Shown in pieces: positions 18,381 through 28,102 of a DNA stretch of 64,000 nucleotides. How positions within the stretch are numbered: the stretch's first letter is position 1; each line of letters starts with the position of its first letter. This stretch comes from Bosea sp. (in: a-proteobacteria) (lineage in GTDB: Bacteria > Pseudomonadota > Alphaproteobacteria > Rhizobiales > Beijerinckiaceae). The position numbers and the translations under genes are program-made. The notes beneath the pieces were generated by a model that did not search any database, was not told the DNA's origin, and was given only the letters and a program-made list of their open reading frames with translations. The stretch lies in the NCBI RefSeq assembly GCF_030694325.1, contig NZ_JAUXYO010000053.1, positions 2,806 to 66,805 on the forward strand, read 5' to 3'.

Positions 18381-19382
18381 ATGCCTGTTCTGCCCAAGGT
18401 CGCGGTCATTGGGACCGGCGGCACGATCTGTTCCATCGGCACCGGCCCCTTCGACATCCTCGACTATGGCGCCAATGAAACGATGCTCCATGCCGACGCG
18501 TTGGTGGCGATGTTTCCCGACGTCGCCCAGCTCGCCGAGATCATCCCCGTTCCATTCAAGGCAGTGCCGAGCCCCAACATCTTCTTCGAGGACTGGAAGG
18601 CGATCGTCCTGACCTGCGACCGGCTGGTCGCGGAGCATCCCGACCTCGCCGGCATCGTCATCCTGCACGGAACAGCCTCGCTGGAGGAGACGGCCTATTT
18701 CCTCAGCCTGACGGTGAAGGTGTCAGTGCCGGTCGTGGTCGTCGGCTCGCAGCGCCCGGCCAGCGCGCTCTCGACCGATGCGGGGATGAACCTCGCCAAT
18801 GCGCTCCGCACCGCGGCCTGCCCGCAGGCGCGCGGTCTCGGCGTTCTTGTCCTGCTGAACGACGAGATCCACGCCGCCCGCGACGTGACCAAGACCTCGA
18901 CCTTCAGGCTGCAGACCTTCCGCTCGCCCGATTTCGGCGTGCTCGGTCATGCCGATGGCGATGCCGTGGTGTTCTACCGGAAGCCGCTCCGGAAGGCGGG
19001 GCCCGACACGGAGTTCGACATCCGCAGCCTCGACGCCCTGCCGCGCGTCGACATCGTGCTGGCCTATACCGGCTCGGACGGCACGGCGGCGCGCGCCTTC
19101 GTTGCGGCCGGCGCCAAGGGCATCATCTCCGCCGGTTTCGCACCGGGCTTCGCCGGCCCTGCCGATTTCGAGGTGCTAAAGGAGGCCGTGGCAGCTGGCA
19201 TCGTGGTGATGCAGTCGACCCGCGCCGGCTCGGGTCGCACTTTCAAGGGCAAGCGCCTGCGGGATGCCGGCTTCCTGATCACCGACAATCTCACGCCGCA
19301 GAAAGCGCGGCTGCTGCTCGCGCTGGCGCTGACGGTCAGCGCCGATCCGTCCGAGATCGAACGCATCTTCCTGACCTATTGA
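18381..19382 (+). CDS. L-asparaginase/glutaminase family protein
   Basis: N-terminal VIGTGGTI (catalytic Thr motif) and HGTASLEETAYFL. Confidence 0.8.
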   Translation: MPVLPKVAVIGTGGTICSIGTGPFDILDYGANETMLHADALVAMFPDVAQLAEIIPVPFKAVPSPNIFFEDWKAIVLTCDRLVAEHPDLAGIVILHGTASLEETAYFLSLTVKVSVPVVVVGSQRPASALSTDAGMNLANALRTAACPQARGLGVLVLLNDEIHAARDVTKTSTFRLQTFRSPDFGVLGHADGDAVVFYRKPLRKAGPDTEFDIRSLDALPRVDIVLAYTGSDGTAARAFVAAGAKGIISAGFAPGFAGPADFEVLKEAVAAGIVVMQSTRAGSGRTFKGKRLRDAGFLITDNLTPQKARLLLALALTVSADPSEIERIFLTY

Positions 19383-19384
19383 CG

Positions 19385-20299
19385 ATGACCGTGATCCTGA
19401 ACGCGCCGGCCGGGGAGGAGCGCGACGCGCGACGCGGCGTCGTGATGATGCTGATCGGGCTGGCGCTGTTCTCGATCCTGAACGGCGTCGTCAAGGCGCT
19501 GGCGGAGAGTTTCGCGGTCAACCAGATCGTCTTCTTCCGCAACGGCTTCGCGCTCGTCACCCTGTTGCTGATGGCCCGCGGGCTCGGAGGCCTCGCCGCT
19601 CTGAAGGTCCATAACCGCTCCGGCATGGCGCTACAGGCGGTGCAGTTCACGGCCGTGCTGCTCTTCATCTTCGTGGCCTATCGCCACATGCCGCTCGCCG
19701 ACGCGACCGCGATCTCCTTCCTGCAGCCGGTCCTGGTGCTGCTGCTCTCGGCACCGCTGCTGGGCGAGAAGGTGACGCGGCTGGGCTGGCTCGCCCTGCT
19801 GCTCGGGCTCGGCGGCGTGCTGCTGATGGTCAAGCCGAGCGGCGGCGGCAGCCTGTTCGGGCTGACCATGTCGGTCATCGGCACGGTCTTCAGCGCGCTC
19901 TCGCTGATCCAGCAGCGCAGCCTCTCGCGCAACGAGACCTCGCTGTCGATCGCCTTCTGGACGCTGGCCGGCTCGGCGCTGCTCGTCCTGCCGAGCCTGC
20001 CCTTCAATTGGGTCCAGCCGACACCCGCGCAATGGGCTCTGCTGATCGGCAACGGCCTGGCCTCGGGCGCCTGCCAGTACCTTACCACGCGGGCGCTCTT
20101 TCATGCGCCCGTGGCGACGATCGCGCCCCTCTCCTACACCAAGATGCTCTGGGCCCTGATCGTCGGCTTCGTCTGGTTCGGCGACGTGCCGACCCTGCTC
20201 GTTCTCGCCGGCTCGGCGATCGTCATTGCCGCGAGCGCGCTGGTCTATCTGGCACCCAAGCCGGTGCCCGCCCCGGTTCGGCTCGAAGAAGCGCCATGA
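19385..20299 (+). CDS. EamA/DMT-family transporter
   Basis: About 10 TM segments. First ATG is at 19385; a TTG at 19379 overlaps the asparaginase stop. Confidence 0.75.
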   Translation: MTVILNAPAGEERDARRGVVMMLIGLALFSILNGVVKALAESFAVNQIVFFRNGFALVTLLLMARGLGGLAALKVHNRSGMALQAVQFTAVLLFIFVAYRHMPLADATAISFLQPVLVLLLSAPLLGEKVTRLGWLALLLGLGGVLLMVKPSGGGSLFGLTMSVIGTVFSALSLIQQRSLSRNETSLSIAFWTLAGSALLVLPSLPFNWVQPTPAQWALLIGNGLASGACQYLTTRALFHAPVATIAPLSYTKMLWALIVGFVWFGDVPTLLVLAGSAIVIAASALVYLAPKPVPAPVRLEEAP

Positions 20300-21450
20300 C
20301 CCGTCTGACATCACCCGTCGCGGCCTGGATCCTCGATGTCCGGGCCGGCTTGGCCGCCATGCAGCCGGCCCGCTTCCCCTACCCCCGCTTCGCCCTGGCC
20401 CTCGCGCTTGGCGTCGCAGGCGGCCTGCTGTTCCAACGCCTGTCGCTGCCGCTGCCCTGGATGATGGGCCCGATGGTATTCTGCACGCTGGCGGCGTCGC
20501 TGCGTGCACCGGTCGCCGCGCCGCCGGTCATCCGCCCGCCCATGACCATGGTGATCGGCGTCATGCTCGGCGCGGCCTTCAGCCCCGATCTCGTCGCCCG
20601 CATTCCGCAATGGTGGCCGGCGACGCTCGGGCTCGTCGCCTTCATCGCGCTCTGCGGCGGCTCGGTGGTCTGGTATTTCCGTACAGTGGGGGGCTATGAC
20701 CGCGCCACCGCCTATTTCGCCGGCATGCCGGGCGGCCTGGTCGAGATGATCAGCATTGGCGAGGAGCGCGGCGGCGACGGCCAGGTCATTGCACTGGTCC
20801 ATTCGGTCCGCATCCTGCTCATCGTCATGACGCTGCCCTTCGCCATCCAGTGGCTCGAGGGCGTTTCGCTGAACCGCATCGCGGGCGCCGTCTCCGTCTT
20901 CTCCACGCCGGCGACGGCGCAGCTCTGGCTGCTCGGCTGCGGGATGGCCGGCTGCCTCCTCGGCCATTGGCTGAACCTGCCCGCCAAATACCTGCTCGGG
21001 CCGATGCTGTTCAGCGCCGCCATCCATCTTGCGGGCTGGAGCGACTTCAAGCCGCCCTTCGAGATCGTCAACGCCGCCCAGTTGATCCTCGGCGTCGTGA
21101 TCGGCTGCCGCTTCGCCGGCACGGCGCCGCGCATCGTCGGGCGCATCATCCTGCTCTCGGTGGGGTCGACCGCGATCCTGCTGTTCTGGACCGGCGCCTG
21201 TGCCGCCCTCGTCTCCTGGCTCACCGGCTTCCGCGCGATCACGCTGATCCTGGCCTACTCCCCGGGCGGGCTCGCCGAGATGAGCCTGATCGCGCTCGCC
21301 GTCCATGCGGAGGTCGCCTTCGTCGCCGCGCACCACATCATTCGCATCTTCGTCGTGATGGTGGCCGCCGCGCCCGTCTATGCGGTGATCGCCCGCCTGG
21401 AGCGTATCCGACCCGGAACGGGCGCCGCGCGCGGGATGCCGGCCGAGTGA
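20296..21450 (+). CDS. AbrB-family membrane protein (AbrB duplication type)
   Basis: 384 aa polytopic protein. Segments LPWMMGPMV and GMPGGLVEM / SPGGLAEMS are typical of this family. ATGA overlap with the upstream gene. Confidence 0.65.
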   Translation: MTRLTSPVAAWILDVRAGLAAMQPARFPYPRFALALALGVAGGLLFQRLSLPLPWMMGPMVFCTLAASLRAPVAAPPVIRPPMTMVIGVMLGAAFSPDLVARIPQWWPATLGLVAFIALCGGSVVWYFRTVGGYDRATAYFAGMPGGLVEMISIGEERGGDGQVIALVHSVRILLIVMTLPFAIQWLEGVSLNRIAGAVSVFSTPATAQLWLLGCGMAGCLLGHWLNLPAKYLLGPMLFSAAIHLAGWSDFKPPFEIVNAAQLILGVVIGCRFAGTAPRIVGRIILLSVGSTAILLFWTGACAALVSWLTGFRAITLILAYSPGGLAEMSLIALAVHAEVAFVAAHHIIRIFVVMVAAAPVYAVIARLERIRPGTGAARGMPAE

Positions 21451-21460
21451 CGCTCGATTG

Positions 21461-21472
21461 GTTGCATACAAT
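21461..21472. promoter_or_regulatory. Candidate operator, copy 5, embedded in a 9-bp-arm inverted repeat
   Basis: GTTGCATACAAT lies inside GCTCGATTG-gttgcata-CAATCGAGC (21452..21477), 190 nt upstream of the GntR gene. Confidence 0.4.
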
Positions 21473-21661
21473 CGAGCTCAGCAGCGCTCATCATGCACAC
21501 TTTCTCGTCAACAGAGCCACATTAGCGTTGACGCAGCGACATTCAGCTCCTAACTGCCTGCCGACTGTACACGATCGAGACGATTCTGCCGCACGCATGA
21601 TCATCCTCGATGCGCGCGCAGAGCTGCCTTGACATCCGCCTTACCGACAGGACGACACATC

Positions 21662-22363
21662 ATGGCGACACGCGGCCTCTCGGTCACCAACAAGCTCAGG
21701 GAAGCCGTGCTCGGCGGCGACTATGCCGGCGGCACGCGCCTCAACGAGGTCGATCTCGCCGACGCGCTCGCTGTGTCGCGCACGCCGATCCGGGCCGCGC
21801 TGTCGACCCTCGCAGCCGAGGGCCTGCTCGAATACCGCCCCAACAGCGGCTACGCGGTGAAGAGTTTCGCCGCCAAGGACATCGAGGGCATCTATGTCGT
21901 GCGGGCCAATCTCGAGGGTCTCTGCGCGCGGCTGGTGGCGCAGCAGGGCCTGTCGGACGTTCACCGCGGCCTCCTGCACAAGGTGCTGGCGGAGAGCGAA
22001 GAGCTGCAGAATGTTGAGAGCTGGACCGACGAGGTTTCAGATCTCTGGCGCGATCTCAACGACCGCTTCCACAACACGTTGATCGAGGCCTCCGGCAACT
22101 CGCATCTTGCGATGATGCTGCGCAAATCCCGCGCCATTCCGCTGCTCAACCAGCTCAAGTTCCGCTGGTTCGACATGGGCACTTTGGCCCGTGCCCATGA
22201 TGACCACAGCCAGATCTTCGCCGCCATCACGGGTGGGCAGGTCGTGCGGGCCGAGAGCCTCGCCGAAGAGCATGTCTATCGCTCCGGCCAGCGCATCATC
22301 GAGCATTGGCGCAAGATGGATACGCGCAAGCCGGCCGTCGCCACCAAGGCCCGCGCCGCCTGA
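21662..22363 (+). CDS. GntR-family transcriptional regulator (FadR/FCD-like)
   Basis: N-terminal wHTH ...LNEVDLADALAVSRTPIRAALSTLAAEGLL... followed by a helical C-terminal domain. Confidence 0.85.
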   Translation: MATRGLSVTNKLREAVLGGDYAGGTRLNEVDLADALAVSRTPIRAALSTLAAEGLLEYRPNSGYAVKSFAAKDIEGIYVVRANLEGLCARLVAQQGLSDVHRGLLHKVLAESEELQNVESWTDEVSDLWRDLNDRFHNTLIEASGNSHLAMMLRKSRAIPLLNQLKFRWFDMGTLARAHDDHSQIFAAITGGQVVRAESLAEEHVYRSGQRIIEHWRKMDTRKPAVATKARAA

Positions 22364-22418
22364 TCTGCGAGCCCGCTGCCGCGGCACGGCCCGAAGGCCG
22401 CGCCGCGCCGGGGCCGCC

Positions 22419-23828
22419 TCAGGCGGCTTTTGCCAGGCCGAGCATGGCCGGGCGCCTGTGCCGCCAGGGCGTGGCCTGTTCGAAGGCATGCGCCGCCTGC
22501 AGCAGCACCGCCTCGCCGAAGGGCCGGGCCGCGAGCTGGATCGCGACCGGCAGGCCATTCGGGCCGAAGCCCGAGGGCACGCAGATCGCCGGCATCCCGG
22601 TCAGGTTGAAGGCCATGGTGAAGTTCGGCTTGTCGAGATTGTCCCAGCGCGGCACCTGGTCGATCGGCGGCGCCTCGTCGGGATTGCCGGCCGTCAGCAC
22701 CACATCGACGCCGGCCATCGCCGCCGCCATTTCCGTGATCAGCTCGCGCCGGCGCCGCAGCGCCTGAACATAGTCCATGCCGGTGCAGAGCGCGGCGAAG
22801 ACCAGGCGGTCGCGATAGCGCTGCCCGAACTTCTCGGGATTCTTCAGCATCATCCGCTCATAGGCGGCCCCGCGCTCGATGGTCGAGATGAAGAAGCCGG
22901 CGGCCGTGTATTCCTGCATGGCCGAGAGCTTGATCTCGACGATCTCCGCGCCGAGGCTCTCATAGGTCGAAAGCGCCGCGTCGATGCCGGCCTTGACCGC
23001 AGGCGCCACCGGCCTGTCGGTCTCGTGCCAGCGGCTGAGCACACCGACTTTCAGCCCCTTCGCCCCCTTGCCGAGCCCGGCGGTGTAGTCGGGCACCGGC
23101 CTGTTCGCGCTGGCGGGGTCGGCGGGGTCATGGCCCGCGAGTGCCTGCAGCATCAGCGCGCAATCCTCCGTCGTCCAGGCCATCGGGCCGATATGGTCGA
23201 GCGAATAGGCCGCTGGCGCGACGCCGGCGCGGCTGACAAGCCCATAGGTCGGCTTCAGGCCGACGATGCCGCAGAGCGCCGCAGGGCCGCGGATCGAGCC
23301 GCCGGTGTCGGTGCCGAGCCCGCCGAGCACGAGCCCGGCCGCAACCGCTGCCCCCGTGCCGCTCGAGGAGCCCGCGGTGAAGCGCTGCGTGTTCCAGGGA
23401 TTGCGCGAGGGCGGCCAGGGAAGGTCGAAGGAGGGGCCGCCATCGGCGAATTCATGCGTGGTCAGCTTGCCCATCAGCACGGTGCCGGCGGCATCGAGCG
23501 CCGCGGCGCAGGTCGCGTCGGTGTCGGGGACATTGCCGATGTTGTGGGCGGACTGGCAGGTGGTCAGGATGCCCTTGGTGTCGATGATGTCCTTGAGACC
23601 GATCGGGATGCCGTGCAGCGGCGATGTCGGACCCGAGGCCTTGATCTCGGCTTCCGCTTTCTTCGCGTCGGCCCGGGCGCGGTCCTCGGTCAGGGTGACG
23701 AAGGCGTGAAGCTCCGGCTCGAAGGCCTTGGCGCGGGAAAGGCACATCTCGGTCAGCTCGACCGGGGAGAGCTGGCCGGCCTTGATCAGGGCCGCGGCCT
23801 CGCTGATGGTCAGGATGTCCGTGCTCAT
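22419..23828 (-). CDS. Amidase-signature family amidase A3
   Basis: 469 aa with GLKD, AGSSSGTGAAVAAG and GTDTGGSIRGPA motifs. Confidence 0.9.
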   Translation of the reverse strand: MSTDILTISEAAALIKAGQLSPVELTEMCLSRAKAFEPELHAFVTLTEDRARADAKKAEAEIKASGPTSPLHGIPIGLKDIIDTKGILTTCQSAHNIGNVPDTDATCAAALDAAGTVLMGKLTTHEFADGGPSFDLPWPPSRNPWNTQRFTAGSSSGTGAAVAAGLVLGGLGTDTGGSIRGPAALCGIVGLKPTYGLVSRAGVAPAAYSLDHIGPMAWTTEDCALMLQALAGHDPADPASANRPVPDYTAGLGKGAKGLKVGVLSRWHETDRPVAPAVKAGIDAALSTYESLGAEIVEIKLSAMQEYTAAGFFISTIERGAAYERMMLKNPEKFGQRYRDRLVFAALCTGMDYVQALRRRRELITEMAAAMAGVDVVLTAGNPDEAPPIDQVPRWDNLDKPNFTMAFNLTGMPAICVPSGFGPNGLPVAIQLAARPFGEAVLLQAAHAFEQATPWRHRRPAMLGLAKAA

Positions 23829-24028
23829 CGGGCGCTCTCCTCGCTCGGGAAGCTGAAGACATGGGCCGGTTCGGCCATGTAGCTGCGCTCGCCGCGGATC
23901 CGGGCGGACATTTCGACGATGTAGCCATAGGCCTCGGCATATTCGGCGACCTGCTCCGGCGTCAGGCTGAAGCCGGCGCGCGCCAGGAAGGCGCCCATCT
24001 CGGCTTCGGATGCAATCGGTGTCGGCAT
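23825..24028 (-). CDS. Small amidase partner protein S3 (67 aa)
   Basis: RBS AGGAGA. ATGA overlap with amidase A3. ...RSYMAEPAHVFSF motif. Confidence 0.7.
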   Translation of the reverse strand: MPTPIASEAEMGAFLARAGFSLTPEQVAEYAEAYGYIVEMSARIRGERSYMAEPAHVFSFPSEESAR

Positions 24029-24091
24029 GGCTCAGATCTCCTTCGAGGGGCGGATGCCCGCAGCTCGCGGGCGGCGGAATGCCGACACCGG

Positions 24092-24970
24092 CTAAGCCGG
24101 CAGCCGGCGCTGCTTGCGATGCTCGTCCTGGAAGATGAAAAGGGTGGCGCTCATCACGATCGCGGCGCCAAACAACGCCCAGCGATCGGGAATCTCCTGG
24201 TAGGCGAGCCAGGCGAACAGCGCGATGAAGGGCAGGCGGGCGAAGTCGAACGGCATGACCGTCGAGGCCGGCGCGTTGCGCAGCGCCAGGAACAGCGTCA
24301 GCCGGCCGACGAACATCGCCACCGCCATCACCACCAGAAACAGCATCATGTCGAAGGACGGCGTCCGCCAGTAGAGCACGGCGGGGATCAGGCCGGTGAC
24401 CACCGGGATCAGGGTGGTCACGGCGACGATGCGGCTGGTGCTCTCGATCTGCGTGAGACGCTTCGAGATCAGGTACATCGAGGCCATCGACAGGGTCGAG
24501 ATCATCAGCGCGATCGTGCCGGCGTCGAGTGCGACGAAGCCCGGCCGCGAGATCACCATCACGCCGACGAAGCCGACCATCACCGCGACCCAGCGGCTGC
24601 GCGAGACGCTCTCGCCGAGCAGGACGCCGGCCAGCGCCGTCACGATGATCGGTGCCGCGAAGGTCATCGCGGTGGCCTTGGCCAGCGGCACATGGGCGAG
24701 CGCATAGAACCAGGTCAGGTTCGAGACGCAGCCGACCGCAGTCATGATGCCGTAGAGCCTTCGCTTCTCGCGCCGGTCCGGCATTCCCGCCCCGCCCCGC
24801 AACTGCGGCCAGACGAAGACGAGCATGATCAGGTTGGTCAGGAAGCTGATCTGGAACGGGTGCAGTTCGGTCGCGATCTGCCGGACCAGCGAATTGCCAC
24901 CCGCCAGGAAGGCCGTGCTCAGAATCATCCAGAGAATGCCGGCCTGAACGGTGTTACGGGCCTCGGCCAT
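24092..24970 (-). CDS. EamA/DMT-family transporter
   Basis: 292 aa with about 10 TM segments. Confidence 0.75.
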   Translation of the reverse strand: MAEARNTVQAGILWMILSTAFLAGGNSLVRQIATELHPFQISFLTNLIMLVFVWPQLRGGAGMPDRREKRRLYGIMTAVGCVSNLTWFYALAHVPLAKATAMTFAAPIIVTALAGVLLGESVSRSRWVAVMVGFVGVMVISRPGFVALDAGTIALMISTLSMASMYLISKRLTQIESTSRIVAVTTLIPVVTGLIPAVLYWRTPSFDMMLFLVVMAVAMFVGRLTLFLALRNAPASTVMPFDFARLPFIALFAWLAYQEIPDRWALFGAAIVMSATLFIFQDEHRKQRRLPA

Positions 24971-25038
24971 GGCGCGGCGAATTCCTCAGAGGGGTGGCAA
25001 GGGGAGCGGGCGGCCCCGGCGATTCGCCCAGCAAGGGA

Positions 25039-26445
25039 TCAGGCGGCGAGCAGGGCGGGCCGGGTCGCGCGCCACTGGGTCGCCTGCTCATAGGCGTGGC
25101 CGAGCTGGAACACGGTCGTCTCGGCGAAGGGGTGCCCCACCAGCTGCATCGCGACCGGCAAGCCCGTTCCCGGCTCGTAGCCGGCGCAAAGAGCCAGAGC
25201 CGGCAGGCCTGTGACGTTGAAGGGCATGGTGATCGAAGGCTTCTGGTACATCAGCCATTTCGGCACATTGTCGATCGGCTGCGCCGGGAAGGGCGAGCCG
25301 GCCGTCAGCAGCACGTCGACGCCGATCATCGCCTCGGCCACGGCGGCGCACAGCTCCTGCCGACGTCGCAGCGCCTGCACGTAATCCGCCCCCGTCAGCA
25401 GCCCGCCCATGCTGATCCGGTCGCGGGCGATCTCGCCATAAAGCTCCGGCGTCGCCCGCAGATCCGCCTCGTGGATCGCGAAGGCCTCCGATGACATGAT
25501 GATCAGCCCCACCGCGGCGAAATCCATCAGCGGCGGCAGTGTTACCTCCTTGATCACGCAGCCGAGAGATCGGTAGACCGCAATCGCCTGCTCGATCGCC
25601 GCCAGCACGGGCGGCGCCGCCTCATGGTCGGTCTCGTGGAAATGGCGGATTACGCCGATGGTCTTGCCCTTCACCGTCTCGTCGAGTTTTTCTGTGAAGT
25701 CGGGCACAGCCACATCGGCGCAGGCCGGATCGAGCGGATCATGGCCCACCATCGCCTGCAGCATCAGCGCCGCATCCTCGACCGTCCAGCACATCGGCCC
25801 GGCATGGTCCAGCGATTGCGACAGCGGCAGGATGCCCCTTCGCGAAAGCAGCCCATAGGTCGGCTTGATCCCGGCCAGCCCACAGAGCGAGGACGGGCTG
25901 CGGATCGAGGCGCCGGTGTCCGAGCCGGTCGCGCCCAGCACCATGCCGGCGGCGACCGCCGCGCCCGAACCGGAGGAGGATCCGCCCGTCGTGCGCGCCG
26001 GGTCCCAGGGGTTGCGGGCGGGCAGCGTGAACAAATCGAAGGAGGGCCCGCCGATCGCGAATTCGAAGGTCCCGAGCTTGCCGGTGATCACCGCGCCGCT
26101 CTCGCGCAGCTTCGTCACCGTGAAGGCGTCCTCGGCCGGCACGCGGCTCTTCAACAGGTTGGAGTGGGCCGTCGTCGCCACGCCCGCCGTGTCGTAGATG
26201 TCCTTGAGCCCGACCGGGATGCCGTGCATCGGGCCGCGCGGCCCGCTTGTCCCGATCTCGGCCTCCGCGGCCCTGGCCGCGTCCAGCGCCAGCTCCGGCG
26301 TGAAGGCGACATAGGTGCTCAAGGTCGCGTCCAGCGCCTCCGTACGGGCGATGCAGGCCTTGGTCAGCTCGACCGGCGAGAGTTTGCGCTCGGCGATGAG
26401 GGTCGAGGCCTCGCGGATGGTGAGCAGCGTGGGATCGCCGGTCAT
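25039..26445 (-). CDS. Amidase-signature family amidase A4
   Basis: GLKD and GGSSSGSGAAVAAG are present; the nucleophile motif is the variant GSDTGASIRSPS. Start taken as MTGDPTLL (ATG 26445), 1 nt after the S4 stop; the ORF extends to 26490. Confidence 0.85.
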   Translation of the reverse strand: MTGDPTLLTIREASTLIAERKLSPVELTKACIARTEALDATLSTYVAFTPELALDAARAAEAEIGTSGPRGPMHGIPVGLKDIYDTAGVATTAHSNLLKSRVPAEDAFTVTKLRESGAVITGKLGTFEFAIGGPSFDLFTLPARNPWDPARTTGGSSSGSGAAVAAGMVLGATGSDTGASIRSPSSLCGLAGIKPTYGLLSRRGILPLSQSLDHAGPMCWTVEDAALMLQAMVGHDPLDPACADVAVPDFTEKLDETVKGKTIGVIRHFHETDHEAAPPVLAAIEQAIAVYRSLGCVIKEVTLPPLMDFAAVGLIIMSSEAFAIHEADLRATPELYGEIARDRISMGGLLTGADYVQALRRRQELCAAVAEAMIGVDVLLTAGSPFPAQPIDNVPKWLMYQKPSITMPFNVTGLPALALCAGYEPGTGLPVAMQLVGHPFAETTVFQLGHAYEQATQWRATRPALLAA

Positions 26446-26446
26446 C

Positions 26447-26635
26447 TCAGCGGCCCATTGGCGCGAAGATATGAGCCGGTTCGGCATCATAGCCGCGGGG
26501 CTTGCGCACGCGCTCCCGCATCGCCTGCAGCAGCATAAAGGCGCTGCGCATCTCCTCCATGTGCTCGGGCTTTACGCGGATACCCGCCCGGTCGAGCAGC
26601 ACCTGGAAGGCTTCGGTCGAGATGGTCTCGCTCAT
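26447..26635 (-). CDS. Small amidase partner protein S4 (62 aa)
   Basis: RBS GGAGA. ...RGYDAEPAHIFAP motif. Tightly coupled to amidase A4. Confidence 0.7.
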   Translation of the reverse strand: MSETISTEAFQVLLDRAGIRVKPEHMEEMRSAFMLLQAMRERVRKPRGYDAEPAHIFAPMGR

Positions 26636-26668
26636 GATCGTCTCCGCGAAAGGGGGAAATGCACCGGG

Positions 26669-28102
26669 TCACTCGGCGGCGAGCGCCTGCTGCGCCCATT
26701 GGGCCGGGCGCAGGTCGCGGTAGCTGGTCGCCTTCTCGAAAGCGCTGCCGACCCGCAGCACGAGATCGTCCTGGAAGGGCCGCCCGACGATCTGCATGTT
26801 CAGGGGCAGCCCCGCCGTTGAGAAACCCGAACAGACCGATAGGGCCGGCGAGCCGGTGAGGTTGAAGACGCGGGTGAAGGAGGGCCGCGAGCGCGACATC
26901 ATGTTGCCGAGGTCGCCGAGCTTCGGCGCCACGCCCGGCATGGTCGGACAGATCAGCACGTCGACGCTTTCGAACACGCTCGCGATCTCGGCGATCAGCC
27001 GGCCGCGCTCGCGCAGCGCGTTGACATAGTCGCAGGCGCGGATGAAGGCGCCCATCATGATGCGCTGGCGGGCAAGCTCGCCATAAAGCTCAGGCGTCGC
27101 CATCAGCGTCTCCTCATGGAAGGCGAAGGCCTCCGAGCGCGAGATCAGCGCTGCCGCGTCGCCATAGGCCGAGAGCGGCGACAGCGTGACGTCCGTCACC
27201 GCGCAGCCCAGCTCCCGGAAGGTCACCAGCGCCGCCTCGATGCCGGCCTTGATCTCGGGATCGGTCTCGGCGTCGCTCTCGAAGAAGTGCCTGACCACGC
27301 CGATGCGCAGCCCCTTCACGTCCTTCTGCCGCGAACCGGCGAAATCGGGCTTCGCGACGTCGGCGCTGCCGGGGTCGAGCGGGTCGTGCTGCGCCAGCAC
27401 CTCCATCATCAGCGCGCAGTCCTCGCTGGTCCAGCACATCGGCCCGCCATGGTCGAGGCTGAAGGAGAGCGGCAGGATGCCCCGGCGGCTGACCAGCCCA
27501 TACGTCGGTTTCAGCCCGGAAATCCCGCACCAGGCCGCCGGCCCGCGGATCGAGCCGCCGGTGTCGGTGCCCATCGAGCCCATGGCGAGCCCGGCCGCGA
27601 TCGCCGCGCCAGACCCCGAGGAAGACCCCGCCGGATCATGGGCGAGGTTCCAGGGGTTCTTCGCCGGCGGCCAGGGCAAGTCGAAGGAGGTGCCGCCGAT
27701 CGCGAACTCCCAGGTCGAGAGCTTGCCGAGCAGGATGGTGCCGGCCTCGGCCAGCAGGCGCGTCGTCGTCGCGTCCTCTTCCGGCACATGGTCCTTGTAG
27801 AGGGCGGAATGGCCGGTCGTGGGAATGCCCTTCGTGTTGTAGATATCCTTCAGCCCGATCGGGACGCCATGCAGCGGCCCTTTGTAGTCGCCCCTCATGA
27901 TCTCGCCCTCGGCCTTGCGCGCGGCCGCCATCGCCTGCTCGGGCAACACGCGGATGAAGGCGTTGAGCTGCCCGTCGAAGGCCTCAATCCGGGAGAGATA
28001 GGACGCGGTCAGTTCGACCGGGGAGAGCTTCTTGGCCTTCAGCAGCGGAGCGGCCTCGGCGATGGTCAGATCGTGCAGCGCGGTCATGGCGGCCCCCTTC
28101 AC
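26669..28102 (-). CDS. Amidase-signature family amidase A5
   Basis: GLKD, AGSSSGSGAAIAAG and GTDTGGSIRGPA motifs. The GTG at 28102 overlaps the S5 stop (GTGA); an alternative ATG is at 28087. Confidence 0.9.
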   Translation of the reverse strand: MKGAAMTALHDLTIAEAAPLLKAKKLSPVELTASYLSRIEAFDGQLNAFIRVLPEQAMAAARKAEGEIMRGDYKGPLHGVPIGLKDIYNTKGIPTTGHSALYKDHVPEEDATTTRLLAEAGTILLGKLSTWEFAIGGTSFDLPWPPAKNPWNLAHDPAGSSSGSGAAIAAGLAMGSMGTDTGGSIRGPAAWCGISGLKPTYGLVSRRGILPLSFSLDHGGPMCWTSEDCALMMEVLAQHDPLDPGSADVAKPDFAGSRQKDVKGLRIGVVRHFFESDAETDPEIKAGIEAALVTFRELGCAVTDVTLSPLSAYGDAAALISRSEAFAFHEETLMATPELYGELARQRIMMGAFIRACDYVNALRERGRLIAEIASVFESVDVLICPTMPGVAPKLGDLGNMMSRSRPSFTRVFNLTGSPALSVCSGFSTAGLPLNMQIVGRPFQDDLVLRVGSAFEKATSYRDLRPAQWAQQALAAE

